NCBI GenBank assembly: GCA_039193385.1
Contig: JBCCWR010000002.1
Span: forward strand, 2,966-66,965
DNA: 64,000 nucleotides
DNA from: Verrucomicrobiota bacterium
GTDB taxonomy: Bacteria; Verrucomicrobiota; Verrucomicrobiia; Methylacidiphilales; JBCCWR01
Direction of reading: 5' to 3'
In this document: positions 37,759 through 48,600 of the stretch, one piece after another
Position numbering within the stretch: the stretch's first letter is position 1
How the letters are laid out: each line of letters opens with the position of its first letter
The notes under the pieces: model-generated
What the model was told of the DNA's origin: nothing
The model's input: only the letters and a program-made list of their open reading frames with translations
Databases searched by the model: none
Translations under genes and position numbers: made by a program

Positions 37759-38883
37759 TCAGCTGAAAACATTGTTTTTGAGGTCACGGAAGACGGTGAG
37801 ATCACCCCAGTCCGCACCTATCATCTTTCTGGAAGCTGAAGTTCTGTTTTCATACGTAGGATAAAGTTTTGTATCATTGAGCTTTTGTTGGCTGATACCT
37901 TTTCTTCTGGCTTGCTCTTTTTCCCTCTGTTTCTGAGCTTTGAGTTGCCTGAACCAAGCATCCACAAACTCTTTACTGCCCAACACAGCACCATCACTCA
38001 TGTAGCGCACACGACATCGCAGCACCTGGGGTAAAGATAACCGTCCCCCTTCTGCAACAACCTTCTTCACCTGTTCAGGATCATAAGAAGCCACAGCCGA
38101 TCCAGCAAAACGCTCGCCACCTTGCCCTCTCTTAGTCCTAACTTGCGCCTTGGTCACCTGAGCACCTTTCATCACCAGTAAGGTTCGGTAAACTCTCTGC
38201 GTGGCATCCCACCTCACACGATCATAAATAGCTTTCAAACCAGACTGAGCTTTCTTACTACCTGCTACCGCCTCCCCATAACCACACCAACGGTAATCCT
38301 TAGGATCGGAAACCAACTTGGCTCTCACGCAATTAAGATCAATGTAGGCAGCCACCGCGGCTAGCGCAGCCTCACTATTCTCCATAAGCACACTCTTAAA
38401 GCGTTCCGCCCAAACGGTACCATAACGGGTTTTACCCTCATTTTCTTGGGCTGCCCTTGATTTGTTGTACCAGATAGTAAAACGCTGTTTGAGTTCCTTC
38501 ATAAAAAACGAAACATCACCCATACGTTTGAAAGCCTTCTGACGTTCGTACTCAGCCTCCACACCACCTTTTGAGAGTGTAGATTGTAATGTAGCAGCCA
38601 TCGCAGGCTTTTTAGGATAAAGCAGAGCAAAACGTCGGACCAACTCAACATCGGAAATGTTCTTCTTATTCTCATCAAGAGGGACTCGCACCAAAATATG
38701 AAAGTGATTACTCATAATGGCATACGTAATGACTTCCACACCACAGAACTCCGCCACCTGCCAGATCTGTTTGCGTAAAACTTCCTTCTCCTTATCTTTG
38801 AGCAGAAACATACCCCCAACACAACGACTGATGCAGTGATACACAGCCGTCTGCCCTTCAACTTTAATCCGTGCCGTTCTCAT
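37759..38883 (-). CDS. Y1 (HUH) transposase-like protein, IS200/RayT-like
   Basis: HUH motif MSNHFHILVRVP. The catalytic-Tyr helix AAYIDLNCVRAKLVSDPKDYRWCGY follows the RayT/IS200 pattern Y..LNPVRA.LV..P.DY.W. At 374 aa it has an extended C-terminus. Confidence 0.8.
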   Translation of the reverse strand: MRTARIKVEGQTAVYHCISRCVGGMFLLKDKEKEVLRKQIWQVAEFCGVEVITYAIMSNHFHILVRVPLDENKKNISDVELVRRFALLYPKKPAMAATLQSTLSKGGVEAEYERQKAFKRMGDVSFFMKELKQRFTIWYNKSRAAQENEGKTRYGTVWAERFKSVLMENSEAALAAVAAYIDLNCVRAKLVSDPKDYRWCGYGEAVAGSKKAQSGLKAIYDRVRWDATQRVYRTLLVMKGAQVTKAQVRTKRGQGGERFAGSAVASYDPEQVKKVVAEGGRLSLPQVLRCRVRYMSDGAVLGSKEFVDAWFRQLKAQKQREKEQARRKGISQQKLNDTKLYPTYENRTSASRKMIGADWGDLTVFRDLKNNVFS

Positions 38884-39208
38884 ATCATGTTCCTTATTTC
38901 GTTTACTTCAAACAACTTATGACAGATCAAACAGGAGTCAATAATAATAAGTCTGTCCCTTGTTTATTAAAAAACTGCTATCTTTATCATGTTTTCTTCA
39001 TTCATTTGAATGGAGGCCAATATAAGAATCGTCTAATGGCCCTTATATTGGTTGGGATTATCAGATCATCCTGTCCCTGGCTCACAGGTATTACTGGAGA
39101 GCGATTAAAAGCAAGATCGATAATCCCTTTAATTTTATTAACTCGTAGAGTTGCCAGAACGACCTCTGTTCTCATGTCAGTTCGCAGCACAAGGAGGAGT
39201 CATAAATC

Positions 39209-39766
39209 ATGAATCAATCAACCACTCATATTCATTACATCGGAATCGATATCGCAAAAGACAAACTTGATGTCCATATCCTTTCCAAGGTGCTTCAAAT
39301 ACCTAATGATAACAAAGGGTTTCATGCCCTCTTAAAGCGATTATCAAAAATATCAAATCCTCACATTATTTGTGAAGCCTCTGGAGCTTGTCATCTCAAG
39401 TTACTCGCATTCCTTAATAAGCATGGAATCGAAATCTCTGTCATTAACCCACGACAGGTTCGTGACTTTGCTAAAGCCAAAGGACTATTAGCAAAAACTG
39501 ATACCATCGATGCACGCCTGCTCACTGACTATGGAGCGTGTCTTAAACCAGCTTCTACAGAACCTCTACCTGACTTTATCCTTCAGTTAACAGAACTCGT
39601 AGATCGTAGAACACAACTACTGCAGATGATTAATGCTGAAAGCAATCGACTCTCTTCTACCAACTCCTCAGATCTTAGAAAAATGCTTAACAGTCATATA
39701 CGTTCCCTTAAAAAGCAGGTTGAGAAACTCATCGAACTCATGGGGCAACTTGTAGATGAACAGTAA
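39209..39766 (+). pseudogene. IS110-family transposase, N-terminal DEDD domain only, truncated by the IS66 insertion
   Basis: YIGIDIAKDKLDVH and ICEASGACH..LINPRQVRDFAKAKGLLAKTDTIDARLL form the IS110 N-domain. The frame stops at a TAA created by the IS66 terminal repeat (cagTAAgcg). The C-terminal Transposase_20 domain is absent. Confidence 0.8.
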
Positions 39767-39842
39767 GCGTCACATGTAGTGCCTTATAAAAAGAGTTGCG
39801 AAGTCATAGATGACATAAGTATAGGGCTATGACATCTACGAC

Positions 39843-41354
39843 TTAGGCTGCGTGTCGTAGGTGATTGTTTTGATTTTCTGCCCAGGCTTTGGGTGTGAGG
39901 TTTTTGATATCCCAGTTCGTTGAAGTGGGGATTTTTTCTAAGACATCTTTAAGATAAGCATAGGGATTAATGTTTCTTTTACGACAGGCTTCGATGATGG
40001 TGTAGAGGATAGCGCTTCGCCCTCCTGTTTGTTCTGCTCCTATGAAGAGCCAGTTCTTTTTACCAATGGCAGTGGGACGTATGGCATTTTCGATATGGTT
40101 ATTATCAATGGCTACTTGTCCATGATTGAGATACACCTCAAGCTTATCCCAATGGTTCAGAGCATAGTCGATAGCTTTACCTGAATTACTTTTGGGCAGG
40201 AAGTTTTGCTGCTTTTTCCAATAGACAAGCATGTGTTTAATGCGGTTAATAATCGGACGGCTTTGACTCTGACGTATAACCTCTCTGAGTTTAGGTCCAG
40301 CACGCTGATGACGAAGTTTTCGTTCGATTTGATAGAGTCTGTAAATTTGCAGTAAAACCCATCGCATACGCCTGTCGTGATCTTTAGCTTCGAAGAACTT
40401 TCTGCGAACGTGTGCCCAGCATCCTGCGAGATGAAGCTGAGGTCGAACTTTGTTTTGATAACTGGTGTAGGCACTGTAGCCATCGCACTGAAGGATGCCT
40501 TTGAAGTCAACAGGAATGATATTGTTTAAACAACTCGCACTACGTGAGCACTGCCAGTCAAAGATAGTATCATAGCCTTGCTTACCATAGACCCAGAAGT
40601 AACCCTGTTGAGTGCGACCTGATCCTGGATGTAAATAGGCGATGGGTGTTTCATCCACTTGCAAGTAATCACCCTTTTGCAGAAGCTCCTGTTGCATTTG
40701 CTTATAAATGAGTTGCAGAGAGTCAGTGGCCAGTCCCATCCAACGTGCCATGGTCTGTCTTGGAATATGGAGATCATAACGATGCCTGAAGATCTGCTGC
40801 TGGCGATAAAGTGGAAGATGATCACAATATTTACTTACAACAATCGAAGCCATCAGTCCGGGTGATGCGTAGCATCCATCGGCTAATGTATGGAGTGGTG
40901 CAATAACAGGAGGCGTATAAGGGTTATCTTTACGAACGTATTTGCGACGAATGATTTGCCTACGCTTGAACCTGCCAGGTTCATAGTCAAGCTGCTCGGT
41001 CACTTCCTCTCCCATCAGTCGCCACTGCTCAGGAGATGCCTTCACCTCATCAGGATCAACATAAACTTTTTCAACTGGAAGATTTTCAGGGACACGTGGC
41101 TTGCGAGCTGCAGCCTTTTTAGGAGAAGGAGTGTTCTGTTCTTCGGCCTCCGCATACGCTTCTAACTCACATACGGAGGCTTCGTCTTTTTTTCGCTCCG
41201 CCTCCTCTAAAAGCAGCAACTGATTCGGATCAACCTTCTCACTACTGCTGCCATAGATCCTGCGAGTAAGGGTATCAACTTTTTGTTCAAGCAACTTGAT
41301 CTGAGCCTTGAGCAAGGCATTTTGTTCTTCAAGTTGTCTTTCCCGTTTACTCAT
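39843..41354 (-). CDS. tnpC: IS66-family transposase TnpC
   Basis: 503 aa. It has an N-terminal leucine-zipper-like coiled coil, a CxxC-type region and a DDE_Tnp_IS66 core (LQVDETP, CWAHVRRKF, AIDNNHIENAIRP, KNWLF). Confidence 0.92.
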   Translation of the reverse strand: MSKRERQLEEQNALLKAQIKLLEQKVDTLTRRIYGSSSEKVDPNQLLLLEEAERKKDEASVCELEAYAEAEEQNTPSPKKAAARKPRVPENLPVEKVYVDPDEVKASPEQWRLMGEEVTEQLDYEPGRFKRRQIIRRKYVRKDNPYTPPVIAPLHTLADGCYASPGLMASIVVSKYCDHLPLYRQQQIFRHRYDLHIPRQTMARWMGLATDSLQLIYKQMQQELLQKGDYLQVDETPIAYLHPGSGRTQQGYFWVYGKQGYDTIFDWQCSRSASCLNNIIPVDFKGILQCDGYSAYTSYQNKVRPQLHLAGCWAHVRRKFFEAKDHDRRMRWVLLQIYRLYQIERKLRHQRAGPKLREVIRQSQSRPIINRIKHMLVYWKKQQNFLPKSNSGKAIDYALNHWDKLEVYLNHGQVAIDNNHIENAIRPTAIGKKNWLFIGAEQTGGRSAILYTIIEACRKRNINPYAYLKDVLEKIPTSTNWDIKNLTPKAWAENQNNHLRHAA

Positions 41355-41402
41355 AGTTAAGCCGCTTCCACCCTAACAAATGAGTCTTATAACGTACATC
41401 TT

Positions 41403-41759
41403 TTAATCCTCACGCTCATACCAGGGACGCATGCTACCACTCTTTAAATCAACTCCATCTGTTAACATCGCAAAAGCCTCTGGACTCAGCTTGAGTTTTA
41501 CTGCATTAGGGTTCGTTGTCTTCGGCCAACTAAAACTGCCTTGCTCAAGTCGTTTGCTTAATAGCCACAACCCACTGCCATCCCAATAGATAATCTTCAG
41601 ACGCGTATGCTTGCGATTGCTAAATAAAAACAAAGCGCCTCCACGAACTTCATCACACAATCTGTCTTTAACCAATGCCTCAAGTCCATTAAAACCCTTG
41701 CGCATATCACAGGGCTCCAGAGCCACATAAATCTTCAAGCTCCCACTAAAGCTTAACAT
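41403..41759 (-). CDS. tnpB: IS66 Orf2-like protein TnpB
   Basis: 118 aa. VALEPCDMRKGFNGLEALV, LFLFSNRKHTRLKIIYWDGSGLWLLSKRLE is the standard IS66 TnpB signature. Confidence 0.92.
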   Translation of the reverse strand: MLSFSGSLKIYVALEPCDMRKGFNGLEALVKDRLCDEVRGGALFLFSNRKHTRLKIIYWDGSGLWLLSKRLEQGSFSWPKTTNPNAVKLKLSPEAFAMLTDGVDLKSGSMRPWYERED

Positions 41760-41762
41760 CTC

Positions 41763-42138
41763 TTACTTGCCCAAAAGATTTACTAACTCAGCTACCAGTG
41801 GCAGTTGACTACGATCACTGACTTCCACCTTCGTCCCGTTAGCCAATTCCACCTTGAGAACACCTGGCTTTGCTTCGACCACGGCCTCTACCAGAGCTAA
41901 GGATTTAGGTGCCTTCTTTACCTTAGGCTTATGATTGCTGGTGTCTTTAGCTATATACTCGCCACGGGCTCGCCTGCGATTACAAAAAGGTCTGCTGGCC
42001 TATCCCATAATGCCTGCAAAATTGTGAGGCTGGCATCCCGCTCTTTTCAAACTCATCAAGTAATGCTTCACGTTTCTCGGGCGGCAATGTCACGCGTCCT
42101 AACACATCTGTTTTTAAGATCTCTAGCTCTTCGTTCAT
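41763..42138 (-). pseudogene. tnpA: IS66 tnpA (orf1) disrupted by an 11-nt deletion
   Basis: It reads MNEELEILKTDVLGRVTLPPEKREALLDEFEKSGMPASQFCRHYGIGQQTFL* and continues in another frame (RRRARGEYIAKD...LVAELVNLLGK*). Compared with the orphan fragment at 37540-37560, 11 nt (ccatgtcgaaa) are missing near 41984. Confidence 0.8.
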
Positions 42139-42215
42139 CAGTAATGTCGTATACTACCCTTTACGACTTTACCTATGCCACCCTCATCGTACGGCACTAC
42201 ACGTGACGCTTACGC

Positions 42216-42641
42216 TTAGCAAGCAATTGGACTCGATAGTTTTTCGACCTCAATAGTACCGAAAGCCTTATTTTCTGGGAAGACCAAGACATATTCAGTT
42301 TCAAAATCAAAACGAATTCCCATTTTCCGATGCGCCTTATCGATTATTAAAATCGCAGCATCAATAAGGCATTTTGGAATAAGATGTTTCTCTGCTAAAA
42401 CGTCAATAAACGGAAGCAAATCAACATCGCGAGAAGCACCTAATTCATCTCCTTCTGAACGCCGCCCTTCAGCAAACTTTCCTATGTTACTAAGCTCAAA
42501 AGCAACCAAATCAAATAGCTGATCGAACTCTTGGACAGGTATCTCGCCAAATTCACCATCTCCATTATCGTCTATAAAATGATCAATGAGAGGCTCAATT
42601 TGATCTGCAGAAACAATCACATAATCAAAGTCAGTAGTCAT
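42216..42641 (-). CDS. Putative cognate immunity protein of the RHS toxin
   Basis: About 141 aa from the ATG at 42641, which is 7 nt after the RHS stop. The protein is acidic and cytoplasmic-looking with no signal peptide. The assignment is by position only. Its stop lies 2 nt from the IS66 end. Confidence 0.55.
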   Translation of the reverse strand: MTTDFDYVIVSADQIEPLIDHFIDDNGDGEFGEIPVQEFDQLFDLVAFELSNIGKFAEGRRSEGDELGASRDVDLLPFIDVLAEKHLIPKCLIDAAILIIDKAHRKMGIRFDFETEYVLVFPENKAFGTIEVEKLSSPIAC

Positions 42642-42648
42642 AGAATTA

Positions 42649-45600
42649 CTATCTTCCTTCAAATGCTCTCTTACGAGCATTCATTGCTGCCCCAATCGCA
42701 TTTGCAGTGGGATTCTCGGTGTCGGTATCAAATGTTCCATATTTAGAGTTATTACGTATCGATTGGAATGTATCACTATATGCATTTCCAACAGGCTCCA
42801 CTGTAACGTCATAGAAGGTGGCACTTTTCACAGCATTCTCAGTAGCGCCCGCAAGACCCTCTGCTTGCAAATCAACAACAAAGAAAGCGGCGGCGCTAAG
42901 TGGTCCCAATTTCCGGGCGAGCTTTCCACCCATCTTATTAAACATCCCTCCCCTTTTGTTGAAGAGCTTAGGGTTTAACCCAGTCTGAAGTTTCATCATT
43001 TTATTTTTACCTCCAAAATCATCTAACATCTCGTTGAGACCAGTAGTATTAGCCCCCTTCCCAACCATCTCGTTAAACTGCTTATTGTACGGGTCTGAAT
43101 TAATCTGATCTACCAGCATGCTCGCGAGTTCTTTAGATTTCTTGGCTGATAAACCTCCTATATCAACACCATCTTTCTTAACTAACTCTAGCACCTGATC
43201 GACAATCTCACTGGACCTTTTGTCGTAGACTTCGTGAGCATTAGACCAACCATGCCGCGGCATTCCCCTTGGTTTTCCTGCGGGAACTTTCATGTCTTCT
43301 AATGCATCTGTGAGATGCTGATTCCAATTGTCTGTTCCGTGCATCTCCCTAAGTTTCGCGCGTGTAACAACATGGTGATCAGTGGGCTTAACTCCAGGTG
43401 GATCATCTTTACGCAACCCTGTTGGGTCGAACATGGTCCAAGGATTTTGGACGACATAGGTGTAGACGTTTGGACCGTCGACAAAGCCTAGGGGGTCTCG
43501 TGTGATGAAGACACCGGCTTCGAGGTCGCGGTAACGGAACCCTTCGTTGAGGAGGCCGGTGGGGTCTTCGTCTTTGGTATTTGCACGTTGGCGGTCAGTA
43601 TTTGTCCCTATCTCGGCGGTGCGTTTTCCGAAGGCCTCGTATTGGGCCTGCCATCCGATCGCGCCAAGCGGGTCTGTTTTGGCTACAACGTCGCCACGGC
43701 TGTTGTAGTGGTTAAATGCTGGAGTGTCGGATCTGAGGGTATAGAGAATACCTCCGATGCCGCCACCGTAGTCGCTACCACGGATATACTCTACCTCCGG
43801 AGAAGATGATACGGTGGTCGTGTGCTCCTGGACTGATGTGCCGCCAGAGAATGAGAGGATCGTTAAGTCGCGACCAGAGATTGCGCTTTCGTCGCGAACT
43901 ACGCGTCTGAGACGTTGGTCGTAAGCATAAGCGTAACTTCCGGTGTCGGCAGTTCCCGTCTGGTAATCTAGAGTGATCAGGCGGTTGTCATAGTCGTAAC
44001 TATAGGTATCGGTGTGGGTACCGTCGCTCCGTGAGCTGCGGTTTCCGTTGGCATCATAGGTGTAGCTGATGATTTGAGTGCCATCCGACAGTGTGATAAG
44101 TTGATTACTATTGGCGGTGCTCGCGCTGCTGCCGTCTCCAAAGGTATACGTTGTGGTGGTGTCAAGAACGGTATCGGTGTAAGTCCGCTTGGCAGATCTG
44201 TTATGAGCATCATCGTAATCGTATTCAGTGAGGTTGGTAGTGCCCCCCGAAATTGCGATTTCTTCGGAGTCCAGCCGATAGGTGCGGTCGTAAGTATTTG
44301 TAATGACACGATCTGTCAGATTCCCTAGCGGATAGAACTCTTCGATCTGACGGATATTGGAGACGGCATCGTAAGCATACCGATATTCAGCGAATGGTTG
44401 TAGGGCAGATGGGGCGGTATTCGTAGCGTTTTCCTTGCGACCAAGGATGTCGTATACACATTCTATAATTACGCCATTCGGAAGCGTCTTCCTAACAATG
44501 TCTCCAGCTGGGTTGTATTGGTATTCAGTTTCACGCGTGCCGTCGGTGAGTGTTTCCAGGCGGTTGAGCACGTCATAGGTGGATGTCAACAGGCGTGACG
44601 ATTCCCCATATGTGGTGCTTCTACGGTTGCCTGCCTTGTCATAGATGTAAGTGTGTGTGATCCCCGCCGAAGTCTCGGTTTGTAGACGATTGAGTGGATC
44701 GTAGGTGGATGCAACTGCCCGGATAGAGTCCACCTCATTCGGATACGTGACTGAAAGAATATTTCCGTTCGGATCGTATGCATAGTCGCGATCGTCAATA
44801 GCGCGACCGGTAAATCTGACATTTTTTAGGCGGTTTAGATCATCATATTCGTACGCAGTGTACTGAGCCTTCTCGTCAGTGCGGCCATACATTAGAAGTG
44901 CGTTGTAGTGGCTTTCGTGAGTGCGTTCGAGCTCTTGCCCTGAATCCCAGATCGTGTGCGTTTTTCGAGACAAGCCGTCGTAACGGAACTCGGTAACGGC
45001 TCCCTTGCCATCGGTGACGCGTGTTTGGTTGCCCGTATCGTCGTATTGGTAGGATACGAGAATATCGTCCGTATTCAGTGTACCTTCGACAATCGATGGT
45101 TGACCCGTAGTGGGATTCGTAACGGTCGAAGTCAGCCTGTTTAATGCATCATAGAAGTTGACTGTGACGTTATCCTCCGAATCGGTAACTGTTTTGATAT
45201 TCGAGTTTTTGTCATAGGTGGTGGAAGTGACTAAGGCTTGGGCACTCACCTCACCGAACACGGGAACGGCTGAAGTCGTGGTGGTTGTGGGACGGTTCGC
45301 ATTATCAAATGTGATTACAGTGCTGAGGCCACGCGGATCTGTCGTCCCGATGACATTACCTACCCCATCATAGTCAGTGATCGTTGTTGGCCATACAATC
45401 GGCTCAGCAGGATTTGAATAGTCAACAACCGCGGGAGCTCGCTCGCTTATCTGGCGATTTCTTGCATCATAGGTGTAATTCCAACGAAAACCTCGCGGAT
45501 TAATTGTCGCTGATATATTCGAGGCCGCATCGTAAATCGTTTCGGTAACAGGGGATCCTATAAGTGTATCATCGGCAGGTTGTCGATCGATTGCTCCCAC

Positions 45601-48600
45601 TAATGACAACGGATCGGTCTGCCAGACTTTCACTGGTCTACCGGCGGCGTCATATTCCGTTTCGGTCCGATTTCCGCGTGGATCCATTACCTGGTAAGCG
45701 AGTCCCGTACTTGAGTAGCTTGTGGTAGTCAGAGTCTCCAGGGGGTCCCCGAATGCATCGCGTACCTCAACGACACGGCCAAGGCCGTCTCGCGTAGTCT
45801 GAACTACCTTTCCTAGAGGGTCACGCGCCGTTGAAATCAAGGACTCTTTTTCCCCGACAATGTCTCCGTAGTCTGTAGATGTCAGAGCTGAGACACCTGA
45901 GACATACTCTACCGTAGTGGACTCTTCTCGGTAAACTTCATCATACACGATGATAGTGCTAAATGTTTCGGTGTCCAAGAAGGTCCTATAGGCGTCGTGT
46001 TGGATGATTTGTGTCGGCTTGAAACCTTCGCTACCGAATGCACTAGCCCCGGGATTCCGGAAATTGTCGTAGACGTATTCTGTGTGCGTCCTTTCGGATG
46101 ATCCCGAAATCGTGGGATTTCCATTAATCTCTTCGCCATTCCCGTCTACAGCCGTTCCTTCATAATTGGTATAGGTATGCACGACACGTTGAATATCGTC
46201 GTAAAAATTACGTGTAACAATGCCTCGTGGATCGGTCACAGATGTCAGCGAGTTTACATCATTGTATGTATAGGAAGTAACGATGTCCGCCTCGGTGATC
46301 TCTCCTCGGTTATCATCCGCAAGTATCTGTGGCTCAAATTCAAAAGGAATCGATGGCAGGCCAAGTCCGTCCATGTCGACGATGGTACGGATTTTTCTTC
46401 CGAGTTCATCATAGTGGTGCATGGTATGGTGCCCCTCTTCATCAATTTCCAAAGTAAGGTTACCACTATAATCGTAGATGTATCTAACAAAAGTCACACG
46501 CTCACCATTTAGGGTTCCCGCGGATGGGTAAGTGACTTTCACCAGTCGATTTAATTTATCGTAAGTAAAGGTAGTGGTATTGTTTCTGGGGTCTGTAGCA
46601 GAAGTGCGATTTCCATTATTATCGTAAAGGTAGGAAGTCGTGAGAGCGAGGCCCTCTGGATCTACTATTTCCCGGAATATACGGCCGTTGCTGTCCGCCA
46701 CGTATTCAGTAACAAGATCCGTCTCCCATGCTTGCCCACTGATATTTGCGTAAGCATCAACCTTCTTTCGGGTCATAAATTTTGGGAAACCTGAGTTCGT
46801 GAAGAAGTAGTCTTCTTGGCTTAGTTTTACACCCGATGAATCTTCAACTATTTTATCAGTTCGCCGCCCCAGGCTATCTATATCGTATTCGGTGCGGGTT
46901 CCATGCTCATCAACAATTTTGGACATGATCCGGTAATCACCGGTATACTGATATGTGGTCACTCGACCGAGGGCGTCAGTCATTATAGTGGGGTCCGACC
47001 ATTTACTCATCATGTTCGGGAAATTTGTGGTAGTGATACGAGAACCCGCACTCGCACCACGAGAATTTTGGAATTCCCATTCCGTGGTATTCCCCGAAAA
47101 ATCTTCAATACTCTCTAAGCTGAGACCTGAATCAGGGTCGAAGGTGAATGTTTCAGTACCGATTGGGGTCTCATTACTATGGGCACCTCCATAGTAGCTT
47201 ACTTCCATGGTCTCATAATAGAGAAGCCATTCGCTGGAGGTACCGGTTGAGCTATCACCATAGGTGATATTTTTATCTATAATTTCACCGCTGACATCCT
47301 GAAAGGAGTAAATGGTATAATTACCTTCAGTATCCTCAATTATTGTCTCTACGTTCGTCGCTGTGAACCTGGGTCCAAATTCCAGAGACGTATTACCTTT
47401 CGAAAACTCACTCTGACGATTTCCGGGAAGGGTGACTTTCTTGACTAGTCTAGGTAATCCATAGGTCTTATTATAGTCCGATTGACTACTGGAGCCATCG
47501 TCTCCATTTATGTCCTCTAGCTGTTGATTTATTTCCGCCTGGGCATTCAATGGAAGGTGATTTGTCGAGACAGGGACATATACAGCGCTTCCTCCACTCG
47601 CGGAATAGCTTTTGATGGTTTCGTTTGGCTCATATTCGAAAGTGTAGGTATTTTCGCGCTTATCGGTAATTGAAGTGATATTACCGTGATAGAAACTCGT
47701 TGGTGAGTCCGGATTGATTTCGGCATCTGAATCCTCAGCGAAGCCATAATCATACTGCTTAGAGGTTCCATCGGGATAATCTACTGACATCAGCTTAGTC
47801 ACATCATATTCAACAAACTCTTTTTCAGTGAGATAATTAAACTCGATCGTATTTCCGCGCGGATCGGTAATAGAATCAATTCTTCTACAATCGTCGCTTC
47901 GGGCAATCGAGATGCTCTGCCCTGGGAATTCCGGTGAACTAATCGAGGTCGGTATTAGTGAAACGGACGAGCCTCCATAGTCATAGTTAAGAATGTTGCC
48001 GAACCGATCTTCTACTTGCACCAACCGCCAATACGTATGCTTTTTGGTGCTGTCGCCGCCGTCCACACGGTTTGAAGAGTAATGGAACCACGCATCGCAT
48101 TTCGCATAGGTCAATGTATTACCATACTTCTTATAGAGCACCAAATTGTCACCGCTCCGTTCGAGTCTATTCTCGTAGGTCTTAGCATCTACCAGTGACG
48201 AGGGCCAAGGGAAGAATGCGTCATCACTATCGATTCCGAATCTCTGAGAATGACCATTCTCGTCGACGACATTTACGCTCATTGGAGCAGTCATAACGCC
48301 GGACCCTAGGCTTTCGACCTGCTCAACATAGGAACATATATTAGAGCTCCACCCTGCTCCGAAAGGCAGAGTCAACCGTTCATGGGGCCTTAGACCTGAA
48401 CGATCCGTCCAACTCAATTCACTCGCAGAAGCTGTCACGCTCAGGACTAACTCGCTGGAGGCCAAGGGGACGTAGACATAGGAAGTATCATGCCTTAGGC
48501 TGAGATCAAACGCATCAATATACGTCTCTTCATTCTCTAAGTCTTTCTCATCTTCCTCTTGTGGTTTCTCGTCGGGAATGGGACGCCCGTTCAATGCAAT

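Larger units (their letters stand above)
39764..42213 (-). mobile_element. IS66-family insertion sequence (2450 bp)
   Basis: Terminal inverted repeats gtaagcgtcacatgtagtgcc (39764-39784) and the reverse complement of ggcactacacgtgacgcttac (42193-42213) match at 20 of 21 positions, with the canonical GTAAGCG start. It has the tnpA-tnpB-tnpC organisation. The flanking 8-mers differ (gatgaaca vs gcttagca). Confidence 0.92.
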
